DNA of 64,000 nucleotides from an uncultured Acidobacteriota bacterium (GTDB lineage Bacteria; Acidobacteriota; Thermoanaerobaculia; Multivoradales; JAGPDF01): NCBI GenBank assembly GCA_963781755.1, contig CAWAGZ010000002.1, positions 83,325 to 147,324 of the forward strand, read 5' to 3'. Shown piece by piece: positions 55,811 to 64,000 of this stretch (position 1 is its first letter; each line of letters starts with the position of its first letter). The notes under the pieces were generated by a model. It saw only the letters and a program-made list of their open reading frames with translations, ran no database searches and was not told where the DNA came from. The position numbers and the translations under genes were made by a program.

Positions 55811-55930
55811 ATAGGGCGGCCGGACGATCTCGTCCGGTCGTCGGAGCGGGAGCGCTGGCGTCGCTTTCTTCGACGAGATTTCAAGTACTCGAGCCCCCAA
55901 AGGAGAGAGATGATGGACGGAACAAGGTGG

Positions 55931-56764
55931 ATGAAGTCGCATCGGCGGATCCTTGGATTTGCGGCTGTGGTCGCGCTCGGGACCGCGGTCGCGGCTCGCG
56001 CGGACGAGATCTCGTGCGAACCGCCCGCGGTAGCCGACGTGGACTCCGACGGCAGCGCCTACTGCGCACAGCCGAACGTCAGCTGCTACGAGGACGCGGC
56101 ACCGGCCTATGCGGGCAACGGTGAGTGGATCTGCCCGTCGGTCGAGGAGGTGATGGCGGCGAAGCGCTACGAGGAAGGGCCTCAGATCAGCTGCCCCGAA
56201 GGAGCCGTGTTCTGGGACGCGGAAAGCGGAGAGTGGGCCTGCGAGGATCTCACCGAGTGCGACATCTGCAAGCGGTGCTTCTCCTACGTCCAACTGGCGA
56301 AAGAGCGGTGCATCGACAAGTCCCGCCGCGTGGCGCGGGCGAAGTGCGACGGCACGTACGGTTCCACTTGGCGGGGCGAACGCGTCGACGCCGACGGCCG
56401 CACTTGCGAGACGAAGACCTTCCAGGACGAGACGACCGGAAAGATCCACAAGCTGGAAACGAACTGCACCGGGCCGGCGATCGACGACTGCGTGAAAGGC
56501 TGGGAGGAAAGCCATCCGGGCGAGGCCACCGGCTCCAGCAGTACCTCCTCGGTCTCCTACAAGGTGGGGGCCAAGGGCGGCGGCAAGCTCTTCGGCATCG
56601 GCGTCGAGGTCTCCGGCGAACGCGGGACGCAGGACACGGAGGGCAAGACCTTCACGGTGAGCTGGGGCGGCGGCAAGGGGTACCTGAACGCCTGCAACGA
56701 AGGCGCGGACCAGGTCGCAGCGCTGTGCTCGGACTGCACCGAGGCCTGCAGCAACGACGAGTGA
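55931..56764 (+). CDS. Secreted cysteine-rich protein with a Ser/Thr/Gly-rich amphipathic beta-hairpin
   Basis: Signal MKSHRRILGFAAVVALGTAVAARA; many Cys; SSSTSSVSYKVGAKGGGKLFGIGVEVSGERGTQDT. Confidence 0.8.
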   Translation: MKSHRRILGFAAVVALGTAVAARADEISCEPPAVADVDSDGSAYCAQPNVSCYEDAAPAYAGNGEWICPSVEEVMAAKRYEEGPQISCPEGAVFWDAESGEWACEDLTECDICKRCFSYVQLAKERCIDKSRRVARAKCDGTYGSTWRGERVDADGRTCETKTFQDETTGKIHKLETNCTGPAIDDCVKGWEESHPGEATGSSSTSSVSYKVGAKGGGKLFGIGVEVSGERGTQDTEGKTFTVSWGGGKGYLNACNEGADQVAALCSDCTEACSNDE

Positions 56765-56789
56765 TCTCGTCGGCCGAGCGCCCGTCGGA

Positions 56790-59700
56790 CTAGGGCAGCT
56801 CGGCGCGGCTCGAGTGGCGCCGGCTGGCGCCCTCGGCCGCATGCGATCCGGGAGCGGGCAGGTCGAGCTCGAGGCCGGCGTGGGCGAGCTTGCGCTCGAG
56901 CGCCGCGAGCGGGCCGCCGCGGAACTTCTTCCAGCGCGCCTCGGTCGGATCCAGGCGTCTGCCGGCGTCGGCCAGGACCTGGCGCTGCGGGTCGGTGGGC
57001 GCGGCGTCGGCCGACTCGAGGTCGGTGGCGAGCGCCGCGAGCTCGCCGGCGATCGCGCGCCCCGAATCGCCGCGGCCGCCGCGCGCGGTCTCCAGCTCCT
57101 TGCGCACGCTGGCGATCTCGCTCGCGAGGCCCACGGCCTTGGGATCCGCGGCGAGCGCTTCGAGGCGCGCGTCCACCGCCGCGGTCTCGCTCGCCACCGG
57201 GACCGCGCGAGCGAGCGCGGCGGCGACTCCGCGCTGGAAGTCGGACAGCGCGATCAAGTCGGCTGTCGAGGTCAGAACGCGTGGGTCCATCACCACCGCG
57301 AGCGGTCGGGTGAGCTTCTTGCCGCCGGCCGTCAGCCGGACCTCGTAGCGGCCCGGCAGGACGAAGGCCCCTTGGGGATTGAGCGGCGTCGGCCGTCCCG
57401 GGATCGCCGCGATCGAGTACTCCCCCTCGAAGACCGGCGGCGCCGGTTGGCGCAGGTTCCAGACCACGCGATGGTGCCCGGGCGTGGCCGGCAGCGGCCG
57501 CGCCTCGCCCAGGTAGAAGTCCGAGAAGTAGGGCTCCTCGGCGCTGCGCTGCGGCGGCGGACCGGTGCTCGTCTCGTGGTGAACGAGCTGGCCGGCGGAA
57601 TCGACGACGTCGAGCGTCACCGGACCGGCGAAGCCGGCCGGCAGCACGTAGTCGATCACCGCGCCGACCGGCGGGTTCTCGCCCCGCGGCTCCTCCGGCG
57701 GCAGCGGGGTGTCCTTGTTCTGGTCGGCGCGCAGGCGGAACGCCACCGGCGGCGGCGAGAGGAAGGCGCCGGCCGACAGGGCGTCCGCGCTCAGGTGGCG
57801 CAGCGGCTCGATCGCGTCGAGCACCCAGATTCCGCGCCCTTCGGTGACCGCCACCAGGTCTCCCGCGTGCACCACCATGTCGTTGACCCCGGTCGTCGGC
57901 AGCCCGGCGTCGAGGCTCTGCCAGGTGTCGCCGTCGTCGAAGGAGAGGTAGGCGCCGCGGTCGGTGCCGGCGTACAGCAGGCCGGCGCGGATCGGGTCCT
58001 GGCGAACCACGCCGAGCCACTCGTCGGCGGGCAGGCCGTGTCCGATCTCGGTCCAGGTCGCGCCGCCGTCGTGGGTGCGCCAGGCGAGCGGTCGCCGGTC
58101 GTCGAGCCGGTGGCGGTCGCCGGCGACGTAGGCGGTCTTGGGGTCGCTGGGCGACGGATCGATGGTGTCGATCTTGGTCCAGTCGGCGACGCCGGGCGGC
58201 GTCACGTCCCGCCAGGTCGCGCCGCCGTCCGCCGTCACCTGCACCCGTCCCGTGTCCGCGCCGACCCAGATCAGGCCGTCGGCCGCGGCCGAAGGCGCGA
58301 CGGTGAAGATCGTCCCCCAGCCGCAGGGGACCGTGCGCTCGATCGGCACGTCGCCCTCGCACCCCTTCTCGCCCGCCACCGCTCCCGTCAGGTCGGGGCT
58401 GATCGTGTCCCAGCTGTGACCGCCGTCGAGCGAGCGGAAGAGGACCTGGGCGCCGACGAAGATCGCGTGCGGCGGGCGCGGCGAGATGGCGAGCGGCGTG
58501 ACCCAGGTGTAGCGGTAGCGGGTCGTTCCCGGACGGGTCGCGTACATCGACACCGGCCACGGCGCGACGTTCTGGACCTGCCCCGTGCGCGCGTTCCACT
58601 TCGAGATGCGCCCGCCCAGGCCGGCGCCGTAGACGACGTCGGGATCGCTGGGATCGGGAACGTCGCCGTCGCGCTCGTCGCCGCCGACCGGATTCCAGTC
58701 GCGGAAGGTGATCTGGCCGTAGTCGCCGCGCGAGGCGATGCCCACCGTCCCGCTGTCCTGCTGGCCGCTGTAGATCCGGTACGGGAAGCGGTCGTCCACC
58801 GCGACGCGGTAGAACTGCCCGGTGGGTTGGTTGTACCAGCTGCTCCAGGTCGCGCCGGCGTCGAGCGAGACCGCGGCGCCCTGGTCGGAGCCGAGGATCC
58901 TGCGCTGCGAGTCGAGCGGGTCGATCCACAGATCGTGGTAGTCGTCGCCGCCGGGCGATCCCTTGACCACGACGAAGGTCTTGCCGCCGTCGCTCGAGCG
59001 CCGCATCCCCCGCCCCATGGCGTAGAGCACGTCGGCGTCGCGCGGGTCGACGGTGAGGCCCGCGGTGTAGGAGCTCGCCAGGTCGGGCTCGTCGTTGGCC
59101 AGACTCCAGGTCGCGCCGCCGTCCTCGGAGCGGTAGAGGCCGCCCCCTTTCGGGGCGTCGATCGCGGCCCAGACGAGGCGCGCGTCGTGGCCCGGCGCGA
59201 CCGCGAGCTCGATGCGGCCCAGCGGCTCCGCGGGCAGTCCCGCGCCGCCCACCGGCTGCCACGTCCGGCCCGCGTCGGTCGACTTCCAGATGCCGCTGCC
59301 GGGGCCGGCCGGCGGCTGGAAGTAGTCCAGCCACGGGTGGCGACGCACCTGCCAGAGCGAGGCGTAGAGGACGTCGGGCAGCGCCGGGTCGCCGGCGATG
59401 TCGGCCGCGCCGGTGTCGGGGTCGCGGTAGAGGACCTTCTGCCACGTCGCGCCGCCGTCCTCGGTGCGGAAGATGCCGCGCTCGGGGTTGGGTCCGAAGA
59501 CGTGCCCCAGCGCGGCGACCAGCGCCACGCGCGCGTCGCGCGGATCGACCCAGAGGTCGCCGATGTGACGCGTCTCGGTCAGGCCGACGTGGCTCCAGGT
59601 CTCGCCGCCGTCGGTCGAGCGGTAGACGCCGTCGCCGGCGACGATGTCCCAACGCTGCTGGATCTGGCCGGTGCCGACCCAGATCACCGACGGGTCCGAC

Positions 59701-60068
59701 GGGGCGACCGCCAGGGCGCCGACCGACGCGCTCCCCTGGTGGTCGAACAGCGATCGCCAAGTGACGCCGGCGTTGTCGGTGCGCCAGACGCCGCCGTCGG
59801 CGGCGCCGAAGTAGAAGCGCGCCGGGTTGCCCGGGACTCCCGCCACCGCAGTCGCCCAGCCGCCCCGGAAGGGACCCACCAGGCGCCAGTGGAGATCCGA
59901 CCAGGCCGACTCCGGAATCCCCGCCGCCCGGGCCGGCCCGGAACCGGCGAGCCCGCCTCCGAGCGCGGCGAGCGCGGCGAGCGCCACGAGTCGTGCGCAC
60001 CGGCTGACGAGACGGGTGGCGGGACGGGGACGGAGAGCGGCCTGAGCGGAGCGACGGCGGGTCGGCAT
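56790..60068 (-). CDS. VPS10/BNR (Asp-box) repeat secreted glycosyl-hydrolase-like protein
   Basis: WRLVGPFRGG; many S-x-D-G-G-x-T-W Asp boxes; NQPTGQFY; RBS AGGAGG. Confidence 0.9.
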   Translation of the reverse strand: MPTRRRSAQAALRPRPATRLVSRCARLVALAALAALGGGLAGSGPARAAGIPESAWSDLHWRLVGPFRGGWATAVAGVPGNPARFYFGAADGGVWRTDNAGVTWRSLFDHQGSASVGALAVAPSDPSVIWVGTGQIQQRWDIVAGDGVYRSTDGGETWSHVGLTETRHIGDLWVDPRDARVALVAALGHVFGPNPERGIFRTEDGGATWQKVLYRDPDTGAADIAGDPALPDVLYASLWQVRRHPWLDYFQPPAGPGSGIWKSTDAGRTWQPVGGAGLPAEPLGRIELAVAPGHDARLVWAAIDAPKGGGLYRSEDGGATWSLANDEPDLASSYTAGLTVDPRDADVLYAMGRGMRRSSDGGKTFVVVKGSPGGDDYHDLWIDPLDSQRRILGSDQGAAVSLDAGATWSSWYNQPTGQFYRVAVDDRFPYRIYSGQQDSGTVGIASRGDYGQITFRDWNPVGGDERDGDVPDPSDPDVVYGAGLGGRISKWNARTGQVQNVAPWPVSMYATRPGTTRYRYTWVTPLAISPRPPHAIFVGAQVLFRSLDGGHSWDTISPDLTGAVAGEKGCEGDVPIERTVPCGWGTIFTVAPSAAADGLIWVGADTGRVQVTADGGATWRDVTPPGVADWTKIDTIDPSPSDPKTAYVAGDRHRLDDRRPLAWRTHDGGATWTEIGHGLPADEWLGVVRQDPIRAGLLYAGTDRGAYLSFDDGDTWQSLDAGLPTTGVNDMVVHAGDLVAVTEGRGIWVLDAIEPLRHLSADALSAGAFLSPPPVAFRLRADQNKDTPLPPEEPRGENPPVGAVIDYVLPAGFAGPVTLDVVDSAGQLVHHETSTGPPPQRSAEEPYFSDFYLGEARPLPATPGHHRVVWNLRQPAPPVFEGEYSIAAIPGRPTPLNPQGAFVLPGRYEVRLTAGGKKLTRPLAVVMDPRVLTSTADLIALSDFQRGVAAALARAVPVASETAAVDARLEALAADPKAVGLASEIASVRKELETARGGRGDSGRAIAGELAALATDLESADAAPTDPQRQVLADAGRRLDPTEARWKKFRGGPLAALERKLAHAGLELDLPAPGSHAAEGASRRHSSRAELP

Positions 60069-60125
60069 CGGGTTCCTCCTGACGCCGGCCATCTTAGCCG
60101 CCCGGGCTCACCCGGGTTCGGATCG

Positions 60126-60233
60126 GGACCCCCGCCCCTCCCACGTTCGGGAGGGTGAGGCGAGGGAAGAGGCGGGGGTCCCAGGTGCCGTCGACGGAGC
60201 CGGGCCCGAAAACGACTTCGGCCCGGGCGGGCC
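60126..60233. terminator. Two GC-rich hairpins after the oxidoreductase operon
   Basis: GGGACCCCCGCC...GGCGGGGGTCCC and CCGGGCCCGAA...TTCGGCCCGG; no clear U-tract. Confidence 0.4.
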
Positions 60234-61649
60234 TCAGGTCCCGGACGCCGCGGCGGCACCCTGCCGGAACGCCTGCTCGTTGAGCTGAATCAAACCGCTC
60301 TTGCGAGCCAGGGCCTCCCGGATGGCGGTCAGATAGGTCGCCTCGGGGAACAGGCCGCTCGCGGCCTGCATCGCCCCGAGGGCGACCACGTTCTTGATCA
60401 TCGTCTTGCCCAGCCCGGTCGCCAGATCGGCGAAGGGCACGCCCACCGCGCGGGTGCCGGGCGCGAGCTCGGGCACTTCGTGGGCCACCGAGGAGTCGTA
60501 GACCACCAAGCCTCCCGGCACCACCGCCGGCCCGAACTTGGCGAGGCTCGGCGCGTTGAAGGCGACCAGGATGTCCGGTGCCGGCGCCGACGGGGAAACG
60601 ACGCTCTCCGCGGCGATGCGTACGTCCGCGTAGGAGGTCCCGCCGCGCGACTCCGGGCCGTAGCTCGGAATGTGGGTGGCGTCGAACCCTTCGTGGATCG
60701 CCGCGTGGGTGACCAGCATCGCGGCGGTCTGCGCGCCGTCGCCGCCGGCGCCGGCGAACTTGATCGCCACGCCGCCGCCGAAGCCGCCGAGGCTGTTCTC
60801 GGCGAAGCGCGGCGGCGCTTCGACCTCGGCGCCCACGACGTCGACCAGCAGCTCGCCGTCGAAGAGCGGCTCCGGCAACGCCGGTTGCGGCGCCCGCTCT
60901 TCGTCCTTGAGCACGCCGAGCGGGAAGTACTTCGTCATGTTGTCCTTCACCCACGCCTGCGCCTGCTCGGGGGTCAGTCCCAGGTGCGTCGGGCACTCGG
61001 AGAGCACCTCCACGAAGGAGAACCCGCGGTTCTCGACCTGGAGCCGGAGCGCTTTGGTGATCGCCTTCTTGGCCCGGTTCTGCTGCTTGGAGTCGAACAG
61101 GGCCACGCGCTCCACGTAAACCGGACCGTCCAGGCCGGCAATCAGCTCGGCCATGCGCAGCGGCTGGCCGGTGATCGCTCCGCGGCCGCCCGGAGAGGTC
61201 GCCGTGACCTGGCCGGGCAGCGTCGTCGGCGCCATCTGCCCGCCGGTCATGCCGTAGATGGCGTTGTTGATGAAGAGGATCGAGATCGGCAGGCCGAGCT
61301 GCGCGGCGGAGACGATCTCGGCCAGCCCGATCGACGCCAGGTCGCCGTCACCCTGGTAGCTGATGACGATCGACTTCGGGTTGGCCAGCTTGTGCGCGAT
61401 CGCCACCGCCGGCGCCCGGCCGTGGGCGGCCTGGGTGTTGCCGACGTCGAAGTAGTAGTAGAGGAAGACCGCGCATCCGACCGGCGACACCGCGACGGTG
61501 CGGTCCTGGATGCCGAGCTCGTCGATCGCCTCGGCGAGGTACTTGTGCGCCAGTCCGTGGCCGCACCCGGGACAGTAGTGGGTGGCGTGGCCCTTCAGGC
61601 CCTCGCCGTGGGCGTGGCGCTCGAATCGATCGTAGAAGACGCCGCTCAT
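60234..61649 (-). CDS. 2-oxoacid:ferredoxin oxidoreductase fused beta+gamma subunit
   Basis: YCPGCGHG, TPP motif GDGD...NN, GMTGGQ; then AGAGGDG and SYGPESRGG (gamma). Confidence 0.92.
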   Translation of the reverse strand: MSGVFYDRFERHAHGEGLKGHATHYCPGCGHGLAHKYLAEAIDELGIQDRTVAVSPVGCAVFLYYYFDVGNTQAAHGRAPAVAIAHKLANPKSIVISYQGDGDLASIGLAEIVSAAQLGLPISILFINNAIYGMTGGQMAPTTLPGQVTATSPGGRGAITGQPLRMAELIAGLDGPVYVERVALFDSKQQNRAKKAITKALRLQVENRGFSFVEVLSECPTHLGLTPEQAQAWVKDNMTKYFPLGVLKDEERAPQPALPEPLFDGELLVDVVGAEVEAPPRFAENSLGGFGGGVAIKFAGAGGDGAQTAAMLVTHAAIHEGFDATHIPSYGPESRGGTSYADVRIAAESVVSPSAPAPDILVAFNAPSLAKFGPAVVPGGLVVYDSSVAHEVPELAPGTRAVGVPFADLATGLGKTMIKNVVALGAMQAASGLFPEATYLTAIREALARKSGLIQLNEQAFRQGAAAASGT

Positions 61650-63106
61650 GACCGGACTCCCTGGTCATTCGGATGGTGGTTGCCTGGTTTGGGTTCTTCT
61701 CCTCGGTGGGGCGTCCGGGCGTCGAGCACCCGGCGCACGATCTCGTCGATCCCCGGGACCACGCCGCCGTAACGCTGGACGGAGTCGATCGGGATGCCCT
61801 GTCCGGCCTCGGCGTGGCTCATCGCCAGCCGCATCTCGTCCTCGAGCTGGCCCGGGCTGGATTCGACGACCACGATCCGGCGCGTGTGTCCGAGCAGCGG
61901 CTCCAGCGCCCGGATCGGGAACGGCCAGAGGGTGATCGGACGGAACAGGCCCGCCGCGATCCCCTGCTCGCGCAGCTTCTCGACCGCGCCCTTGGCCGTC
62001 CGCGCCGGCGTATTGCAAGCCACCAGCAGGACCTCCGCGTCGTCCGTGCGCCAGCACTCGGCGCGCTGCTCGTTGGCCTCCATCGCCGCGTACTTCTCGA
62101 GCAGGTGGACGTTGTGCGCCTCGAGGTCGGTCTCGGCGAGGAAGATCGAGCAGATCAGGTTGCGCCGGTGCTCGCGATCGCCCCACACCGCCCAGGCCGG
62201 CAGGCCGGGCTCGACGAAGTAGGGCGGCAGCGAGACCTTGCCGGTCATCTGGCCCAGGTAGCCGTCGGCCAGCAGCACGACCGGATTGCGGTAGCGGAAC
62301 GCCAGCTCGAAGGAGAGCATCGTCAGGTCGAGCATCTCCTGCGGCGACGAGGCCGCGAGCACGACGGCGTGGGTGTGCCCGTGACCCAGCCCGCGGCAGG
62401 CGAGCTTGATGTCGGACTGCTCGGGCGCGATGTTGCCGAGGCCGGGACCGCCGCGCATGGCGTTGACGATCACCGCCGGCACCTCGGCGCCGATCATGTA
62501 GGAGATCCCCTCGAGCATGAGGCTGAATCCGGGCGACGAGGTGAAGGTCATGCCCCGCAGGCCGGCGCCGCCGCAGCCGTAGAGGTGGTTGATCGTCGCC
62601 ACCTCGCTGACCGCCTGGAGGAAGATCCCGCCCACCTTCGGCAGCAGCCGCGCCATCAGCTCGGACCCTTCGGTCGAGGGCGTGATCGGGTAGCCGTAGA
62701 AGTGGCGGCAACCCGCCAGCAGGGCGCCGACCGCCGCGGCGTGGTTGCCCTTGAGCGCCATCGGCTGGCGCTCCGGCAGCGGCCGGTACTCGTCCGGGAT
62801 GGCGACCGCCGCCGGCAGATCCTCGGCGGTCTCGGGCAGCGGCGGCCGGACGCCGTCCGGCTCCGGCAGCCGCAGCCCGTAGGGCTCCGGGCAGGCCGTC
62901 AGGCACAGGCCACAGCCGTTGCAGGCCTCGAGATCCAGCACCACCGGAATCAGCCCGGTCTGCGGATCCACCTGGTCGTCGAATGCGATGCAGTGCTTGG
63001 GGCAGGCACCGATGCAGCGCCCGCATCCCTTGCACAGCTCGGAAAGAAGAAACGGCTGCGGGCGAGGGACACCCGGAGCCGTCGAAGGCCGGATCGCCTG
63101 GGACAT
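61646..63106 (-). CDS. 2-oxoacid:ferredoxin oxidoreductase fused delta (2x[4Fe-4S]) + alpha subunit, VorB-like
   Basis: CKGCGRCIGACP, CNGCGLCLTACP; YGYPITPST, TSSPGFSL, RGGPGLG. Confidence 0.92.
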   Translation of the reverse strand: MSQAIRPSTAPGVPRPQPFLLSELCKGCGRCIGACPKHCIAFDDQVDPQTGLIPVVLDLEACNGCGLCLTACPEPYGLRLPEPDGVRPPLPETAEDLPAAVAIPDEYRPLPERQPMALKGNHAAAVGALLAGCRHFYGYPITPSTEGSELMARLLPKVGGIFLQAVSEVATINHLYGCGGAGLRGMTFTSSPGFSLMLEGISYMIGAEVPAVIVNAMRGGPGLGNIAPEQSDIKLACRGLGHGHTHAVVLAASSPQEMLDLTMLSFELAFRYRNPVVLLADGYLGQMTGKVSLPPYFVEPGLPAWAVWGDREHRRNLICSIFLAETDLEAHNVHLLEKYAAMEANEQRAECWRTDDAEVLLVACNTPARTAKGAVEKLREQGIAAGLFRPITLWPFPIRALEPLLGHTRRIVVVESSPGQLEDEMRLAMSHAEAGQGIPIDSVQRYGGVVPGIDEIVRRVLDARTPHRGEEPKPGNHHPNDQGVRS

Positions 63107-63232
63107 CGTGACACCCTCCTCGGTTCCAGAGTGCGCCCCGGAGCCGGGGGGCGCACCACCCCGGCGGGTGACCGCACGGCGCCCCCGGGGCGGGGCGCGG
63201 CGGATTCCGCTGCGGGCGAAGGGGCGCCGCGA

Positions 63233-64000
63233 TCAGTCTTCGTCGTCGGGAACCGGGAACAGCTCCGCCTGGCGGCGGTCCTCGCCCGCGATCGGAACCG
63301 CGTACTCGCCGGTCCAGCAGGCCGTGCAGTAGCTGCCGCGCGGGCCGGAGACCGCGGAAAGCAGCCCGTCGCGCGACAGGTAGGCGAGCGAGTCCGCCTC
63401 GACGAAGCCGCGGATCTCCTCGAGCGAATGAGTGGCCGCGATCAACTCGCCGCGGCGCGGGGTGTCGATGCCGTAGTAGCACGGCCACGCGGTGGGCGGC
63501 GAGGAGATCCGCAGGTGGATCTCGGCCGCGCCCGCCTCGCGCATCATGCGCACGATCTTGCGCGACGTCGTTCCGCGCACGATCGAGTCGTCGATCAGCA
63601 CGATCCGCCGGCCGCGGATGATGTCGCGCACCGGGTTGAGCTTGACCTTGACGCCGAAGTTCCGGATCGACTGCTTGGGCTCGATGAAGGTGCGTCCGAC
63701 GTAGTGGTTGCGGGTCATCCCGAGCTCGAACGGCAGGCCCGACTCCCGGCTGTATCCGAGCGCCGCGAACAGGCCCGAGTCGGGCACCGGCACCACGATG
63801 TCGGCGGCGGCCGGCGCCTCGCGCGCCAACTGCTCGCCCAGACGTCGGCGCACTTCCGCGACCGAATCGCCGAACACGACGCTGTCCGGGCGCGCGAAGT
63901 AGACGTGCTCGAAGGCGCAGCGCTGGGGCGTCCCCGCGAGCGGGACGTGGAAGCTCTCGAGGTCCGACCCGCGGGCGACCATCACCTCGCCCAGCTCCAG
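63233..64000 (-). CDS. purF: Amidophosphoribosyltransferase, C-terminal part (5' end outside window)
   Basis: CAFEHVYFARPDS, PVPDSG, YVGRTFI, DDSIVRGTT, CYYGID, CTAC. Confidence 0.97.
   Translation of the reverse strand: MELGEVMVARGSDLESFHVPLAGTPQRCAFEHVYFARPDSVVFGDSVAEVRRRLGEQLAREAPAAADIVVPVPDSGLFAALGYSRESGLPFELGMTRNHYVGRTFIEPKQSIRNFGVKVKLNPVRDIIRGRRIVLIDDSIVRGTTSRKIVRMMREAGAAEIHLRISSPPTAWPCYYGIDTPRRGELIAATHSLEEIRGFVEADSLAYLSRDGLLSAVSGPRGSYCTACWTGEYAVPIAGEDRRQAELFPVPDDED

Overview
Very GC-rich bacterial chromosome segment. The 16S sequence and gene content (GWxTD/VWA protein, VPS10-type hydrolase, secreted proteins with IFADGFE tails) suggest Acidobacteriota, probably Thermoanaerobaculia-like (inference). 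It carries a complete minus-strand rrn operon (16S, tRNA-Ile, tRNA-Ala, 23S, 5S) and housekeeping genes (purF partial, purM, purN, cyoE-SCO-DUF420, a YhaM-like nuclease, tnaA, a fused 2-oxoacid:ferredoxin oxidoreductase). Accessory modules include BlaI/M56, an azurin-Crp/Fnr-hemerythrin-radical SAM cluster, KamA plus an aminotransferase, c-di-GMP signalling, a dedicated sortase system, and a decayed IS481 followed by Cys-rich secreted proteins. The best candidate for an undescribed system is 44.9-53.3 kb. There, three secreted proteins of two unrelated folds share a short C-terminal tail (IF[AS][DG][GD]FE[SN]G-x4-WS-x3-P), probably an uncharacterised export or anchoring signal. They sit beside a beta-propeller sensor kinase and a NarL-type regulator, and one palindrome (CGCAC-N4-GTGCG) recurs three times at identical distance from -10-like hexamers. 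Also notable: a single NnrR-type box positioned to drive two divergent promoters, many apparently leaderless genes, and many single-base frameshifts that look like sequencing or assembly errors.
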